Below are positions 28,744-38,995 of a stretch of DNA of 64,000 nt, piece after piece. The stretch is from an uncultured Pseudomonadales bacterium (lineage in GTDB: Bacteria > Patescibacteriota > Microgenomatia > UBA1400 > PJMF01), in NCBI GenBank assembly GCA_964502565.1, contig CAZCXA010000002.1:648-64647 (forward strand). The letters are read 5' to 3'. A program made the translations under genes and the position numbers. The notes under the pieces are model-generated. The model worked only from the letters and a program-made list of their open reading frames with translations. It made no database searches and was not told the origin of the DNA. How positions within the stretch are numbered: position 1 is the stretch's first letter; the number at the start of each line of letters is the position of its first letter.

Positions 28744-29466
28744 TTATACCTGCTCCTCTCGATATACTACCTTGCCTTGAAACATCTTGATAATCTTTTG
28801 ACTCCATTCTACCAACCAACGAATACTAAACTTGACACTTTTTCTTTTTCCTTTCTTTTGAATTTCTGGAGTAATAGGTAAGACTACTACTCTTTCTGAC
28901 ACGTATTGATCGTCTGATGCCATGCTGTCCTGAGCATCTGCAATAACAATCTCCTTTGGCGCGGTCTCTTCTTTTTGCACTTGTTGAATAAAACTTTCTA
29001 CTTCAGGAGACAGCTCAGGACTTTTTTCTTCTTCCACAAACTGAATACTCGGGGCTTGTTCTGTCAAGTTAAGCCCTCTTCCCTCAACCGTTTCTTTGCG
29101 TGAGGCCGGCATCGGTGCAGACTGAGTTGATTGCGCAGAGCCGTTCAAACCAGATTGATTGGTTAAATCTTGAGTTTGGTCAACTGACACTGCTTGAGCA
29201 TTTTTATCAATATTTTTATCAAGGTTTTCCCTTAAAACCGGCTCTTTTTGAGCGCTCTCAACCTCATCCATAACCTCCTCTAGTAACTTTAACTTATCGG
29301 TTGTAGTAATTTCAGATGGCGCAGTTGGGTTTAGTTGATCAGCGGAGACTTGAGAAGTTGGCTCAGGTTGTTGCTCTACGTCATGGTGAACACCTATGGC
29401 TGAGGGCGTGATTAAAAACTCTTTAATCTTTTGCTGAAATTCTTGGGCAAGGCGGTGTTGAGACAT
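28744..29466 (-). CDS. Hypothetical low-complexity acidic protein
   Basis: Q/E/S-rich body with a basic amphipathic C-terminus 'SIRWLVEW..KIIK'. Confidence 0.7.
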   Translation of the reverse strand: MSQHRLAQEFQQKIKEFLITPSAIGVHHDVEQQPEPTSQVSADQLNPTAPSEITTTDKLKLLEEVMDEVESAQKEPVLRENLDKNIDKNAQAVSVDQTQDLTNQSGLNGSAQSTQSAPMPASRKETVEGRGLNLTEQAPSIQFVEEEKSPELSPEVESFIQQVQKEETAPKEIVIADAQDSMASDDQYVSERVVVLPITPEIQKKGKRKSVKFSIRWLVEWSQKIIKMFQGKVVYREEQV

Positions 29467-29565
29467 ACTCTCTAATCATACTATACAAAAGGTTAAAAGT
29501 TAAAATTCAAAAGTTGATGCTGAGATTTTTACTGAGTGGCAAAAGTTATCATCAGGGTGAAAAAG

Positions 29566-30060
29566 TCAAGGCTGTAATAACAACAACTCGTCCCCAATTT
29601 TTATTTGATGCTGATCTACAAATCCAGCGTTAACCTCTAGTACCAGATCAACCACCTGGCCTGGTTGATAGATCTGCAGTTCTTTTGAGTCGTCCTGAGG
29701 CTTGGTAGTATTTAGTTCAAAACCAACCACCTTTTCATCAGCAATCCAGATAATATCTAACTCAAACTGCATATCTAACATCCAAAACTTATGAATATCT
29801 GGATGTTTAAAGACAAACAACATGCCATCGCTACCGATTTTATCACGCTCGCTCAATCCCTTCACAATGCTTGCGGAGGTATTTACTACCTCAACTTGAA
29901 AAACTGTCCCGCCCAGTTCTAAAAAAGTTAATGAGTGATCAGGCAAGGCTGACAGTTGAGAAACAATACTGTCTGGCTCTGATTTTGGTAAATTAACAAC
30001 CCAAAACACTCCAGCTCCTAAAACAACAATGCTTAAAACGGTCAAGATAGTTTTTAACAT
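29566..30060 (-). CDS. DUF192 family protein
   Basis: 'GLS.R......GMLFVF......FWM..M.F.LDIIWI', 'VLEVNAG......IKIGD'. Confidence 0.85.
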   Translation of the reverse strand: MLKTILTVLSIVVLGAGVFWVVNLPKSEPDSIVSQLSALPDHSLTFLELGGTVFQVEVVNTSASIVKGLSERDKIGSDGMLFVFKHPDIHKFWMLDMQFELDIIWIADEKVVGFELNTTKPQDDSKELQIYQPGQVVDLVLEVNAGFVDQHQIKIGDELLLLQP

Positions 30061-30090
30061 GAAAATTTTAAGCCACAGTGCTTAAATAAA

Positions 30091-30639
30091 TTATCTTAAA
30101 AAAAATAAATTTAAAAATAAAAAATAACAGATGCTAAAGATTAATACTAGGTTAATCTTCTCTTCTTGTAACTCAGTTTTTACCTGTCCCCAAAATCGCT
30201 GATTAAAATGCCGGGGGTTGCCTCGCAACTGCCACATCTCGTGTAACAAGCCAAACAATAAACCCATAATCAAGCCGATACCAAGCCAACTGCCTGTTGA
30301 GGTAACAACAAAAAATGCTAAAGGCAACAGGGTTATTAAAAATAATGTCGAGCGAGTAGCGAGAAAGGTGGGGTTGCTCGACTGGGAGGTTAAGGGTTCT
30401 TGACTACTCTCTAGTTCCAGCTCATCGGTCTCGTTGTAAAACCGGTTTAAAAAAAGCTCATCAGCGACCAGTAAACCGATTCCTAACAAGCCTCCAAGAA
30501 TAAAAAATAAATATTGAGTCCAGGGTTTAATGAAAAAAAATAAGGGCAAGAGGTAAACCGCAAAAAGAGCTAGCTTCAGCTTAAGATGTTGAAGAATTGT
30601 CGGAAAAATTTCTGGATATTGAGATTTGAGGTTAGACAT
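30091..30639 (-). CDS. Hypothetical membrane protein
   Basis: About 5 TM helices; 'VVTSTGS..G.GL'. Confidence 0.7.
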   Translation of the reverse strand: MSNLKSQYPEIFPTILQHLKLKLALFAVYLLPLFFFIKPWTQYLFFILGGLLGIGLLVADELFLNRFYNETDELELESSQEPLTSQSSNPTFLATRSTLFLITLLPLAFFVVTSTGSWLGIGLIMGLLFGLLHEMWQLRGNPRHFNQRFWGQVKTELQEEKINLVLIFSICYFLFLNLFFLR

Positions 30640-30645
30640 TTGAGT

Positions 30646-32094
30646 TTATTCGATTTTTTTCAAACCTAACACTTTCAACACAGCCTGGTCAACCTTTTGG
30701 GCAAAGACCTCATCCTGCTCATATAACTTTGCTAGTTGAAGCTTAACTTCCTTGAGTTGCTCATACTCTACGCCTTCACCGTAAACCAAGACATGATTAC
30801 CAGCCATAAGGGCCAAATATGAAACTCGAGATAAATCATCTAACTCTTTCGAGGTTTCAAGAAAATTTTCTGAAACAACCGCTGATTGAGTGCTTTCCAA
30901 GATAGCCTCGTCGTCGGCTCGTTCTTCTGCATAAAAATTCTGTAAAGCACCCATCTCTAAAGCGTCAGAAAAAATAACAGTAGTAATGTTTTTCTTAGCT
31001 ATTTCATCTATACAATCCTGACTTAATGAACATGGCAGACCGTTAAAACGATCAACCACTTGCGCATGAGAGGTCATCAACCCGATCGTGGGATAGTGTG
31101 AAAGTAAGTTGTTAAAAATCTCTAACTCTTGATTATTAAGTGTAATTTCATCAGGAAGTTTGTGCAGATCACGAGTTGATGAACCCAAACCAGGATAATG
31201 TTTGATCACCGACATAATATTTCTCGAGCCAAAAATCTCAATATAATTACGAGAGGCAGAGATAAGGTTGCGCTCATCTGCGCAAGAACGGTTGCTTAAA
31301 ACCGAGCTGTTCAGGTCCACCACTGGCGCAAAAACAATATTGATACCCAACTCTAGGAGTTCGTGTGCTGACTCTAATAATTTTTCCTGACGCGACATTT
31401 GAGTTTCCTGACATAGTTGTCTCCAGGGTGGCAAAACAGTAAAACCATCTCCGGAGAACCGTTGAACAGAACCGCCTTCGTGATCAATAGCCAGCAAGGG
31501 TTGAATCGGGCGGTCGATGAACAACTGCTTAATCTCCTTGATTTCTTGAACCGCCAGATCCCAACTGATTTTTGAACCAAAAAAAGTAATTATTCCAGGT
31601 TGAAAATCTTGAAGTTGTAAGAATGGATTAAGATGGGCTGAAGCAGATGGGGTTGAATCTGGAGATGGGGTTAAGTTTGGTGATGAGAGTGAGTCTGGTG
31701 CTGAGGTGGAGTCGGACAAGGTGGGGTCAGACAAAGTGGAATCTTGGACCAAGCCACTCACTACTTCTGGTGTCGCTTGGGTTGCTTGGGTTGTTTGGGT
31801 TGTTTGGGTTGTTTGGATCACTGGGGTTGTTTGGGTTGTTTGGGCAGAATACTCCACAAGTGAGCCAACCTTGTGAGGAAAACTCATTATTTGAGCAATC
31901 TTTTGTTCTGCCGAAAGTTGGTTTAGGGTCCTTTTCCGAGGATCTATCAGGCTTTCTAAATCAAGCGAAGAATTATCTCCGTGTTGGGTTTCAGTTTCCT
32001 GAGTGTGATAAAAAGGTGTAGCAATATAGTTATACCCTAGTAAACCTGCAATAATGGTTAAAGCAATAATAAAAACAAGTGTGGGTTTAGGCAT
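30646..32094 (-). CDS. Glycoside hydrolase family 3 (NagZ-like beta-N-acetylhexosaminidase), membrane anchored
   Basis: 'AIDHEGG.VQR', 'FAPVVD', 'KHYPGLG....DLH', 'SDALEM.A'; inserted QTT/SP-rich linker. Confidence 0.82.
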   Translation of the reverse strand: MPKPTLVFIIALTIIAGLLGYNYIATPFYHTQETETQHGDNSSLDLESLIDPRKRTLNQLSAEQKIAQIMSFPHKVGSLVEYSAQTTQTTPVIQTTQTTQTTQATQATPEVVSGLVQDSTLSDPTLSDSTSAPDSLSSPNLTPSPDSTPSASAHLNPFLQLQDFQPGIITFFGSKISWDLAVQEIKEIKQLFIDRPIQPLLAIDHEGGSVQRFSGDGFTVLPPWRQLCQETQMSRQEKLLESAHELLELGINIVFAPVVDLNSSVLSNRSCADERNLISASRNYIEIFGSRNIMSVIKHYPGLGSSTRDLHKLPDEITLNNQELEIFNNLLSHYPTIGLMTSHAQVVDRFNGLPCSLSQDCIDEIAKKNITTVIFSDALEMGALQNFYAEERADDEAILESTQSAVVSENFLETSKELDDLSRVSYLALMAGNHVLVYGEGVEYEQLKEVKLQLAKLYEQDEVFAQKVDQAVLKVLGLKKIE

Positions 32095-32291
32095 AGAATA
32101 AAGTGAGGTGTAAAAGATTTAAGTAAGGCTTAAAAGATTAAAGGTGCATACTTCTTGATAAAATTGCCTAATAACTTTGCAAAAGTTTTACTTAATTCTA
32201 ACAGGTAACAAATTATTGCTGTTAAGTATAAAAAATGATAATTTTAATCCATCCAAAAATAATTATTAACCCTCGCAAGACTTGGATTTAA

Positions 32292-32600
32292 TTATATCTT
32301 TTGAGTTTTGTTTAACTTTTTAATTTGTTGTATTTTCCACATAAAAAGCGCTCCCTTATTTTTTGCCTGAGCATCAGACACAAATGATAAAGCCCTCTCC
32401 AACAACTCACGCTTTTCCTCCTTTGCCATTTTTATATAAAGGCTCTTATGTTCCAAGTCGTCTAGCTCTTGCGCCAAGCGATAGCCAAAATCTTGAAACT
32501 CACGGGTGATGTATTTCTGATCTTCTTTAGGCTCATATTGAACAAACAAGGACTGAGCGCTTTGAAAACCTTTTTTCGTTTTTTTCTTTTTACAAGGCAT
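32292..32600 (-). CDS. Hypothetical small helical protein
   Basis: 'FQ.FGYRLA.EL.D..HKSLYIK.AK...R.L.FV.DA..KNKGALFMW'. Confidence 0.7.
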   Translation of the reverse strand: MPCKKKKTKKGFQSAQSLFVQYEPKEDQKYITREFQDFGYRLAQELDDLEHKSLYIKMAKEEKRELLERALSFVSDAQAKNKGALFMWKIQQIKKLNKTQKI

Positions 32601-32670
32601 ATAGTTTTAAATCTTCTCAACAAATAGTTTTAAGGTCTTGAGGCTTTACTACTCTTTACTACTCTTTTTA

Positions 32671-33894
32671 CTACTCTTTTTTTTCTCTAACCAACATACT
32701 CATCAATACCCCCAAGGCCCCCAAACCAAACAAGCCTGTCCAGTTTAATCGCAGTACTAAAAAAAAGATCAAGGATAATGTCCAAAAAACAATCGCGGCC
32801 AAAGATCGATTCACCTGTTGGTACACAAAATACGAAAAGTCCTGGCTCCCTCTGCCTCGACTAAAGATAATCTTTTCATGCACCAACCAGTAAAAATTGC
32901 CGAGCATACGATTACTCGAGTCAACAATCACGATATCCCAAGGACTGCCCACCAACATCCTCAACATGGTCATGGTGGATAGTATGCCTCCAGAAATAAT
33001 AAAAGGGAGTTTAATCTTTTTCTTTTTATCAAGCACATGACCAGTAAAAAGACTGATCAGCATTGCAAAAAAGAGAGAGATGGTATAAATATAGCCCACC
33101 TTAACGATGTCGGTCATGATTAAAAATACAAAAAGTGGCCACAATATAATGCTGATGTCATAAAAATAGTGACCCATCTGTGATAATGCAAGTCGAAAAA
33201 AAGGTTTTTCGCGCATCCAACCAAGATATTCTTTTAAGTTAACCTCATCTTTTTCATCTACCAATTCCAGTTGGATTATGCCACCAACGGCCACCAAAAC
33301 TAGCAAAATACTGGCATAAAACAAGTAGTTAAATCCAAAATAATTAACGATCATCGCGCCAACAAAGGGAGATAGCATGGTGACAAAGTTGCTTAAAAAT
33401 TTAAAACCAGCTAAACTTTTTCCCATCTCTTTTTCTAAAGAGAGGCGACATACTAGGGTGTTGTGAGACTGCCAGTAAAAGCCCATCTCAATGCCTGCCA
33501 AGATCGCTGAGGGCACAATAAGCCATGGTGTTTTTTGCACATAGGTTAAACACAACAACCACAAGGCTTTGAATAAATTGCCGATGAGCATTGATCGACC
33601 ATGACCAATTTTTAAAGTCACCGAGGCCTGAAAAAAATTCACGATCCCGCTCACCAGTCTTTGAGTTAGGTAATAAAAACTGATCATGATCATGCCCTTT
33701 TGAATATCGCTAAAGCCGGTTTCGAGGATGGGTAAAGATTGACCCACTTGATATAAAAAAACTGGTTTATAAAAATTACTCAAACTCTCGGCGGTGTTAC
33801 GAAAAAATAAACCAAAGGCTAGCCAACGCCTGTTGCGACGGCGACGGGTTACGTTAAATTTAAGACGGTGGTAAAGGTTGATAAAAATAGACAT
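32671..33894 (-). CDS. MFS transporter
   Basis: About 12 TM helices in two halves with MFS-like loop motifs. Confidence 0.75.
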   Translation of the reverse strand: MSIFINLYHRLKFNVTRRRRNRRWLAFGLFFRNTAESLSNFYKPVFLYQVGQSLPILETGFSDIQKGMIMISFYYLTQRLVSGIVNFFQASVTLKIGHGRSMLIGNLFKALWLLCLTYVQKTPWLIVPSAILAGIEMGFYWQSHNTLVCRLSLEKEMGKSLAGFKFLSNFVTMLSPFVGAMIVNYFGFNYLFYASILLVLVAVGGIIQLELVDEKDEVNLKEYLGWMREKPFFRLALSQMGHYFYDISIILWPLFVFLIMTDIVKVGYIYTISLFFAMLISLFTGHVLDKKKKIKLPFIISGGILSTMTMLRMLVGSPWDIVIVDSSNRMLGNFYWLVHEKIIFSRGRGSQDFSYFVYQQVNRSLAAIVFWTLSLIFFLVLRLNWTGLFGLGALGVLMSMLVREKKE

Positions 33895-33981
33895 ATAAAT
33901 TCCAGATTAAAAAATAAAAAATATGCGCTGAGTGGTCAATACTATTAAAAAAACTCGCCACTCAATCAAGGCGATCATCTT

Positions 33982-34530
33982 TCAATCTTTAATTTCTGTT
34001 GTGATCTTCTCAAATACTTCTTTTATAGCGCTGAGTTGAGTCTTGGTTAACTTTTGCAAAACATATTTTTCAGAGGGCAAAACTCTTGATCCGTCTCTAT
34101 CATCAACACCAATCCTAACATGCCAAAAACCTTGAGTTCCCAAAACTTGATAAATCGACAACAAACCATTGTGTTGTTTGGGACCAACACCTTGCTGAAT
34201 TTTGTATTGACCAACCTCTAAATCCAGATCATCGTGGACTATAAAAAGATTGTTAAATAATTCTGACTGCTGAGTTGCCTGGGTAAAGTTGTCGCAAAAG
34301 TACATCAAGGTTTTTTTCACTGCTTCACCTGATAAGTTCATAAATGTTTGAGGTTTAACCAGTAAGAGGTTTGTCATCACAGACACTTTTGCTTGAATTT
34401 TTTTATTCAAAGAAAAGGCTGGTAAAGACAACCGAGTTTGTAGATAATCCAAAAACATAAACCCAGCGTTGTGGCGAGTTTGCTGATATTCTTTACCTGG
34501 ATTACCCAAGCCGATAATTATCTTTTTCAT
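33982..34530 (-). CDS. pth: Peptidyl-tRNA hydrolase
   Basis: 'IIGLGNPG.EY..TRHNAG', 'KPQTFMNLSG', 'HDDLDL', 'HNGL.SI', 'RIGV'; start taken at the MKKII Met. Confidence 0.95.
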   Translation of the reverse strand: MKKIIIGLGNPGKEYQQTRHNAGFMFLDYLQTRLSLPAFSLNKKIQAKVSVMTNLLLVKPQTFMNLSGEAVKKTLMYFCDNFTQATQQSELFNNLFIVHDDLDLEVGQYKIQQGVGPKQHNGLLSIYQVLGTQGFWHVRIGVDDRDGSRVLPSEKYVLQKLTKTQLSAIKEVFEKITTEIKD

Positions 34531-34635
34531 AAACAATATGAAAAAACCAATCAAGTAAGCGAAAATAGATATTTTTATTCTATCAACTCTTGGAATGTTT
34601 GCGAGCCTCTATTTTTATCTGTTATACTGCAAAAT

Positions 34636-35511
34636 ATGAACCTCATACCGTGTCAAAGTTATGCCAACCACAAGCCCATCTTCTCGATTGTTATCCCCAC
34701 CCTTAATGAGGAAAAGTATCTTCCACAACTTCTTGGTTGTTTAAAAGCTCAAACCTTTTCAGATTTTGAGATTATTCATGTTGACGCTCAATCTCAGGAT
34801 AAAACCAGAGAAATCGCAAAAGATTATTCAAAACATCTCAGCCTTAAAACATACATCTCCAAAAAAAAGAATGTCAGTTTTCAACGTAATTTAGGCGCAA
34901 AACAAGCAAAAGCTGACTGGATTATTTTTATGGATGCTGACAATATCTTGCCTAATGATTTTTTACTAGAACTTAAACATCAAGTTGAGAAAAATCCTAA
35001 AATGGATGGTTTTACTTGTTGGCTTGATGTGAGTAGCTACCCCACTCGGCATAAACCAACCGCCCAAATAATAAACTTTGGTTTAAGCACTTTAAACAAC
35101 ACTGCTTTGGGCGCCTTAATCGGCGCTAAGAAAGTCATCTTTCAGACTGTGTCTTTTAATGAAAAGATTAAGTACATTGAAGATGGTGAGTTTGTTAAAG
35201 ATTTAGAGGAGGCCGGATTTGTTTTTAAATGCCTGAGAGAGCCCAGATATACTTACAACATGAGACGCTTAGAAAAAGAAGGCACTCTTAAGATATCAAG
35301 AACTTTTTTAGAAAGTCGTCTCTATTTGCTAATAAAAGGTGATATGGAGAACTTTAACAAATATCCCATGTTAGGAGGAGATTTTTACGAAAAACATCAA
35401 CCAAATAAGTTTGCTCATTTTATTAAAAAAGCTGACTTTTTTCTCAAGCAAGCTCCAGCTAGACAGTTAAAAAAAGCAAAAAAAATATGGTCGTTGATTG
35501 ATGAAGATTAA
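34636..35511 (+). CDS. Glycosyltransferase family 2
   Basis: 'SIVIPTLNEE', 'S.DKT', 'QRNLGA', 'FMDAD', 'EDGE'; start moved to the ATG following TGTTATACT, which removes the overlap with pth. Confidence 0.85.
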   Translation: MNLIPCQSYANHKPIFSIVIPTLNEEKYLPQLLGCLKAQTFSDFEIIHVDAQSQDKTREIAKDYSKHLSLKTYISKKKNVSFQRNLGAKQAKADWIIFMDADNILPNDFLLELKHQVEKNPKMDGFTCWLDVSSYPTRHKPTAQIINFGLSTLNNTALGALIGAKKVIFQTVSFNEKIKYIEDGEFVKDLEEAGFVFKCLREPRYTYNMRRLEKEGTLKISRTFLESRLYLLIKGDMENFNKYPMLGGDFYEKHQPNKFAHFIKKADFFLKQAPARQLKKAKKIWSLIDED

Positions 35512-35513
35512 GT

Positions 35514-37304
35514 CTACTTTGCCTCTGCAATCCCTGCCAACTCATCCAACCCGGTTGCCTGTTCCCAATCTTTGTCTTGTCTAAACTTCACCAATCTAGG
35601 AAAACGCAAGGCTTTACCTGCTGTATGTAAGGGAGAAGCTGTTAGCTCGTCAGCCGCAATCTCTACCACGATTGCTGGAGCCACCCAGACATCAGGTTTT
35701 AACTCCTTAGGAACGTCATACTGCTGAGGCATGACCTTCGCAAAGTTATCGTCCGCCAGCTGTTTAATATGTTTAAACTCCTTGTCGGTTAAGCCGGTGC
35801 CGATTTTAGCAATAGTTTTAACCTTTTTCTCTTTGTTTAACACACCGACCAAAAATGCTCCAATACCAAACTGGGTTCTTTTACCCTTGCCTCGGTAATA
35901 CCCCATGACCACACAGTCTAGAGTGTCGTTAAGTTTACCCCGTGTGCCCTCTGCTTCTTTGATCTTTACCCAGCGCCAACCTTTGCGACCAGAGCGGTAA
36001 ACCGAGTCAACCTTTTTTATTAATGCCCCTTCTAAACCTAGTTGTAACTGACGAGCGTGATAACTCTGCACCTCTGCTGGATCAGTGGTAATCTTAAACT
36101 CGGTTAACTCGATCACATCATTGGACCGCACGGTCTGAGCTAGTACTTGCTTGCGCTTGGCTAACTTTTCATTAATCAAGGATTTGCCGTCTAAAAACAA
36201 GATGTCAAACACAAAAAACTTGATCGGTACTTTTTTAGATTGTCTACTAATGCCATATTTTCGTTTACGAGTAATGGTTTCTTGAAAAGGTAGTAACTCT
36301 TTAGTTTTTGGATCATAAGCAATCGCTTCAGCATCTAAAATGCAGTTGTTTGCTTTAATTTGCAACAAAGATTTCTCAAGCTCAGGAAACATATGGGTGA
36401 CATTGTCTAGGTTGCGCGTAAAAACTTGATAAGAATTTTTTTGATTATTTTTATCAACATGAATTTGCGTACGCAAGCCATCATACTTAGGCTCCATCAT
36501 CACTCTGCCCATCTTCTCAATAATTTCCTGAGCAGTGTTAAGTCGCTGACACAATGCAGGTAAAACCGGAATACCTAGTTGCACCTGGTAGTTGTTAAAA
36601 AACTGTTGCACCTCTTGATCGGTTTGAGTTTGCAGATAACCCTGAGCCAACTGGCCAATATCAGCTTTTTTTTGATAAGTAGCCTCAATCTTTTTACTGT
36701 CAGTCTTACTGTTCAAACGCGCCCAAGAGAGAGCATCAATCATGGTCATGGTAGAAAACCCAAGTCGCAACTTGCCAATAATAATTCGTGTCACAAACTT
36801 GATTGAGGTTAGATCAAGTTTTTGTAACAGCTGTTGCGTTTGAACAATCTTTCTCTCTTGAGAGCCCTCACCTTCCTCTTGAGCGATCCTTGATAATGCC
36901 TGATGCACCTCCAGGATAGTTAGTTGTTCTGGGTTTAAGTTTAAATCCTTTACCAGTTCCTCAATCACTAAACCCAAATCACCCAGTTCCTTGTTCTTTT
37001 GCTGAATTTTTTTTAGGTAGAGGCTGTCGTCTGATTCATTAAATAATCCTGGTGAAGACAAAGGCTCATCTTGATTTAAACAGTTTAACAGTTTGGCTAA
37101 GGCTCGCATGGTGAGTTTCTCACTCATACCAAACTCTAACGATTGGTAGCTTGGAACCAAACCACCCAACATTAAGTAGCACGCCTGAGGAGTTTCTTCT
37201 GTTTCAAGTTTTTTAAACAACTCAGCTAAAAGTGATGTCATCTCGAGTCGTGAGTTGAGTTGTTCTAGTTGATCTAAATAATGAGCAAAACTGGAAAATT
37301 GCAT
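35514..37304 (-). CDS. ATP-dependent DNA ligase (archaeal/LigB type)
   Basis: 'EPKYDGLR.Q.H', 'FDILF', 'EGA..K...S.Y..G.....WVK.K', 'LRFPR....R.DK'. Confidence 0.92.
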   Translation of the reverse strand: MQFSSFAHYLDQLEQLNSRLEMTSLLAELFKKLETEETPQACYLMLGGLVPSYQSLEFGMSEKLTMRALAKLLNCLNQDEPLSSPGLFNESDDSLYLKKIQQKNKELGDLGLVIEELVKDLNLNPEQLTILEVHQALSRIAQEEGEGSQERKIVQTQQLLQKLDLTSIKFVTRIIIGKLRLGFSTMTMIDALSWARLNSKTDSKKIEATYQKKADIGQLAQGYLQTQTDQEVQQFFNNYQVQLGIPVLPALCQRLNTAQEIIEKMGRVMMEPKYDGLRTQIHVDKNNQKNSYQVFTRNLDNVTHMFPELEKSLLQIKANNCILDAEAIAYDPKTKELLPFQETITRKRKYGISRQSKKVPIKFFVFDILFLDGKSLINEKLAKRKQVLAQTVRSNDVIELTEFKITTDPAEVQSYHARQLQLGLEGALIKKVDSVYRSGRKGWRWVKIKEAEGTRGKLNDTLDCVVMGYYRGKGKRTQFGIGAFLVGVLNKEKKVKTIAKIGTGLTDKEFKHIKQLADDNFAKVMPQQYDVPKELKPDVWVAPAIVVEIAADELTASPLHTAGKALRFPRLVKFRQDKDWEQATGLDELAGIAEAK

Positions 37305-37409
37305 GATTAATTAAAAAGTTAAAATATAAAAAACCAGATCTCAAAAGTCCGCATTAACAGGGAAAACCAGGTAAGCTTTACATTATTATTTTGTTTTGAC
37401 TTTTGATCT

Positions 37410-38510
37410 TTATCTGTCCATTAAACTGTATGTCACTCCCTTGGTCACACCATGCTTCTTGATCACTCCTTTTTCAATCAAGTCTTTCAGATCTCGAAGA
37501 ATTGTATCAACCGAGACATTGGGTAGCAAATCTTGAGCATCAATCGAGCTAATCTCTCCCTGCTCTTGCAACAACTCTAAAATTACAATCTGTCTTTCTG
37601 ATAAAGCCACCTGACGTCCCAACTCCTTTTTCATCTTTAAATCCTTAGAAAGCTTTAGCACTTTTTCTTTAACCTTATCAACCTCGATTGCCAGTCCATA
37701 ACAAAAATATTCCAGCCAATAAGTCATATCTGATTTTTCAGTTTGCTGAACTGACTGCAGGGCGCTGTAATAACTCTCAACATCTTCGTCAAAATACTCC
37801 TCAATTGAAAAAAACCGTTTAAAATCATAGCCTGACGCATAAAGTACGAGCGTAGTCATGGCGCGAGCAGTGCGACCGTTGCCTTCAATAAAAGGATGAA
37901 CATAAACAAGCTGATAATGTGTAATGGCAGCGCGAAAAATCGGGTGAATCTTTTTTGAATCAGAATGATTTAACCATTTAAAAAAATCCTCGATTAAATA
38001 TGGAACCTCCACTGATACAGGCGGTCTAAACACTATTTTGTTTGCGCTTTCTCCCGCGCCCTTCACTATCACTTGTTTGCGCCGATAGCGACCAATCTGA
38101 TCCTCCATTAGTAAATTATTCATGGTAAGTCCATGAAGATGACTTAGTGTTTTTTCAGAGAATAAATCTTTAGAGAGTTGAGGGTCTTGCGCATCAATCC
38201 AGTTAATGACATTGCGGTAGTTAAGAACTTCTTGCACATCGCGTTCGCGAGCAATAATGCCAGCTTTTTTAGCCACTTCCTCAGGATCATCAACCAACTC
38301 TAATCGAGTCACTCTTTGAGCTTGATCTTGAGTTAAATCATTACCCTCAATCTTTGTCCCAAAGTGAATGGTGCGCGCCATTGCATCTTTTTTAAACTTT
38401 GCCTCCCAGGCAGGAACTAGCGGAGAGTGGTCGATTAAAGCTCGAGCTGACTCAACCGCGCTCACATAAGTTAAAAGGTTGCTGGTTATCTCAAAATTAG
38501 GTTTAAACAT
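37410..38510 (-). CDS. Fic family protein with C-terminal winged HTH
   Basis: Intact HPFIEGNGRTAR motif; 'VS.DT..RDL..L...G'. Confidence 0.9.
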   Translation of the reverse strand: MFKPNFEITSNLLTYVSAVESARALIDHSPLVPAWEAKFKKDAMARTIHFGTKIEGNDLTQDQAQRVTRLELVDDPEEVAKKAGIIARERDVQEVLNYRNVINWIDAQDPQLSKDLFSEKTLSHLHGLTMNNLLMEDQIGRYRRKQVIVKGAGESANKIVFRPPVSVEVPYLIEDFFKWLNHSDSKKIHPIFRAAITHYQLVYVHPFIEGNGRTARAMTTLVLYASGYDFKRFFSIEEYFDEDVESYYSALQSVQQTEKSDMTYWLEYFCYGLAIEVDKVKEKVLKLSKDLKMKKELGRQVALSERQIVILELLQEQGEISSIDAQDLLPNVSVDTILRDLKDLIEKGVIKKHGVTKGVTYSLMDR

Positions 38511-38680
38511 CTTGCTTCAAGATGAAATTTTTAATTAATTACTTAATTTAATTAACTACCGTATTGTATATTATTTTTGCAAAATTTGCAGGATTAAATT
38601 TTATTAAAAATCTTGAGAGCTGAGAAAAGAACACTGACAAAGTATTGTATAATAGCTACAGTTAAAAATTAGAGAGAAAA

Positions 38681-38980
38681 ATGTCAAAAATTAAAACTCC
38701 TGATAAAATCGAGCAACTACCTTTAGCAATCATTCAAAACATGGTTGTCTTGGCAACCAGTGGCTTTAGTTTGGTGGTTGCCCTTGCCTGGAATGAGCTG
38801 ATTAAGTCCGCGATCGCACACTACCTCACTCCCATTTTAGGCGAAGGTGGAGGTATTATTTCTTTGCTGGTTTACGCAGTAGTGGTAACTGTTCTGGCTG
38901 TCCTAGTGACAATGCAGTTATCAAAAATCGAGAAAAGACTTGAGAAAACCTATGAAGAGGAAAGTAAAACTAAAAAATAG
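38681..38980 (+). CDS. Small membrane protein (DUF5654-like)
   Basis: 'LATSGF.LV.ALAWNE.I', two TMs. Confidence 0.7.
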   Translation: MSKIKTPDKIEQLPLAIIQNMVVLATSGFSLVVALAWNELIKSAIAHYLTPILGEGGGIISLLVYAVVVTVLAVLVTMQLSKIEKRLEKTYEEESKTKK

Positions 38981-38995
38981 TTCTGGCTTAAATTT

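Noticed and set aside
34471-34635. N-terminal extension of the GT2 ORF overlapping pth
   Set aside because: It overlaps the divergent pth gene; a better ATG at 34636 follows an extended -10 box.
37410-38510. Fic gene as part of a toxin-antitoxin module or mobile element
   Set aside because: No adjacent small antitoxin gene on the same strand, no repeats and no mobility genes; Fic-HTH fusions are common stand-alone genes.
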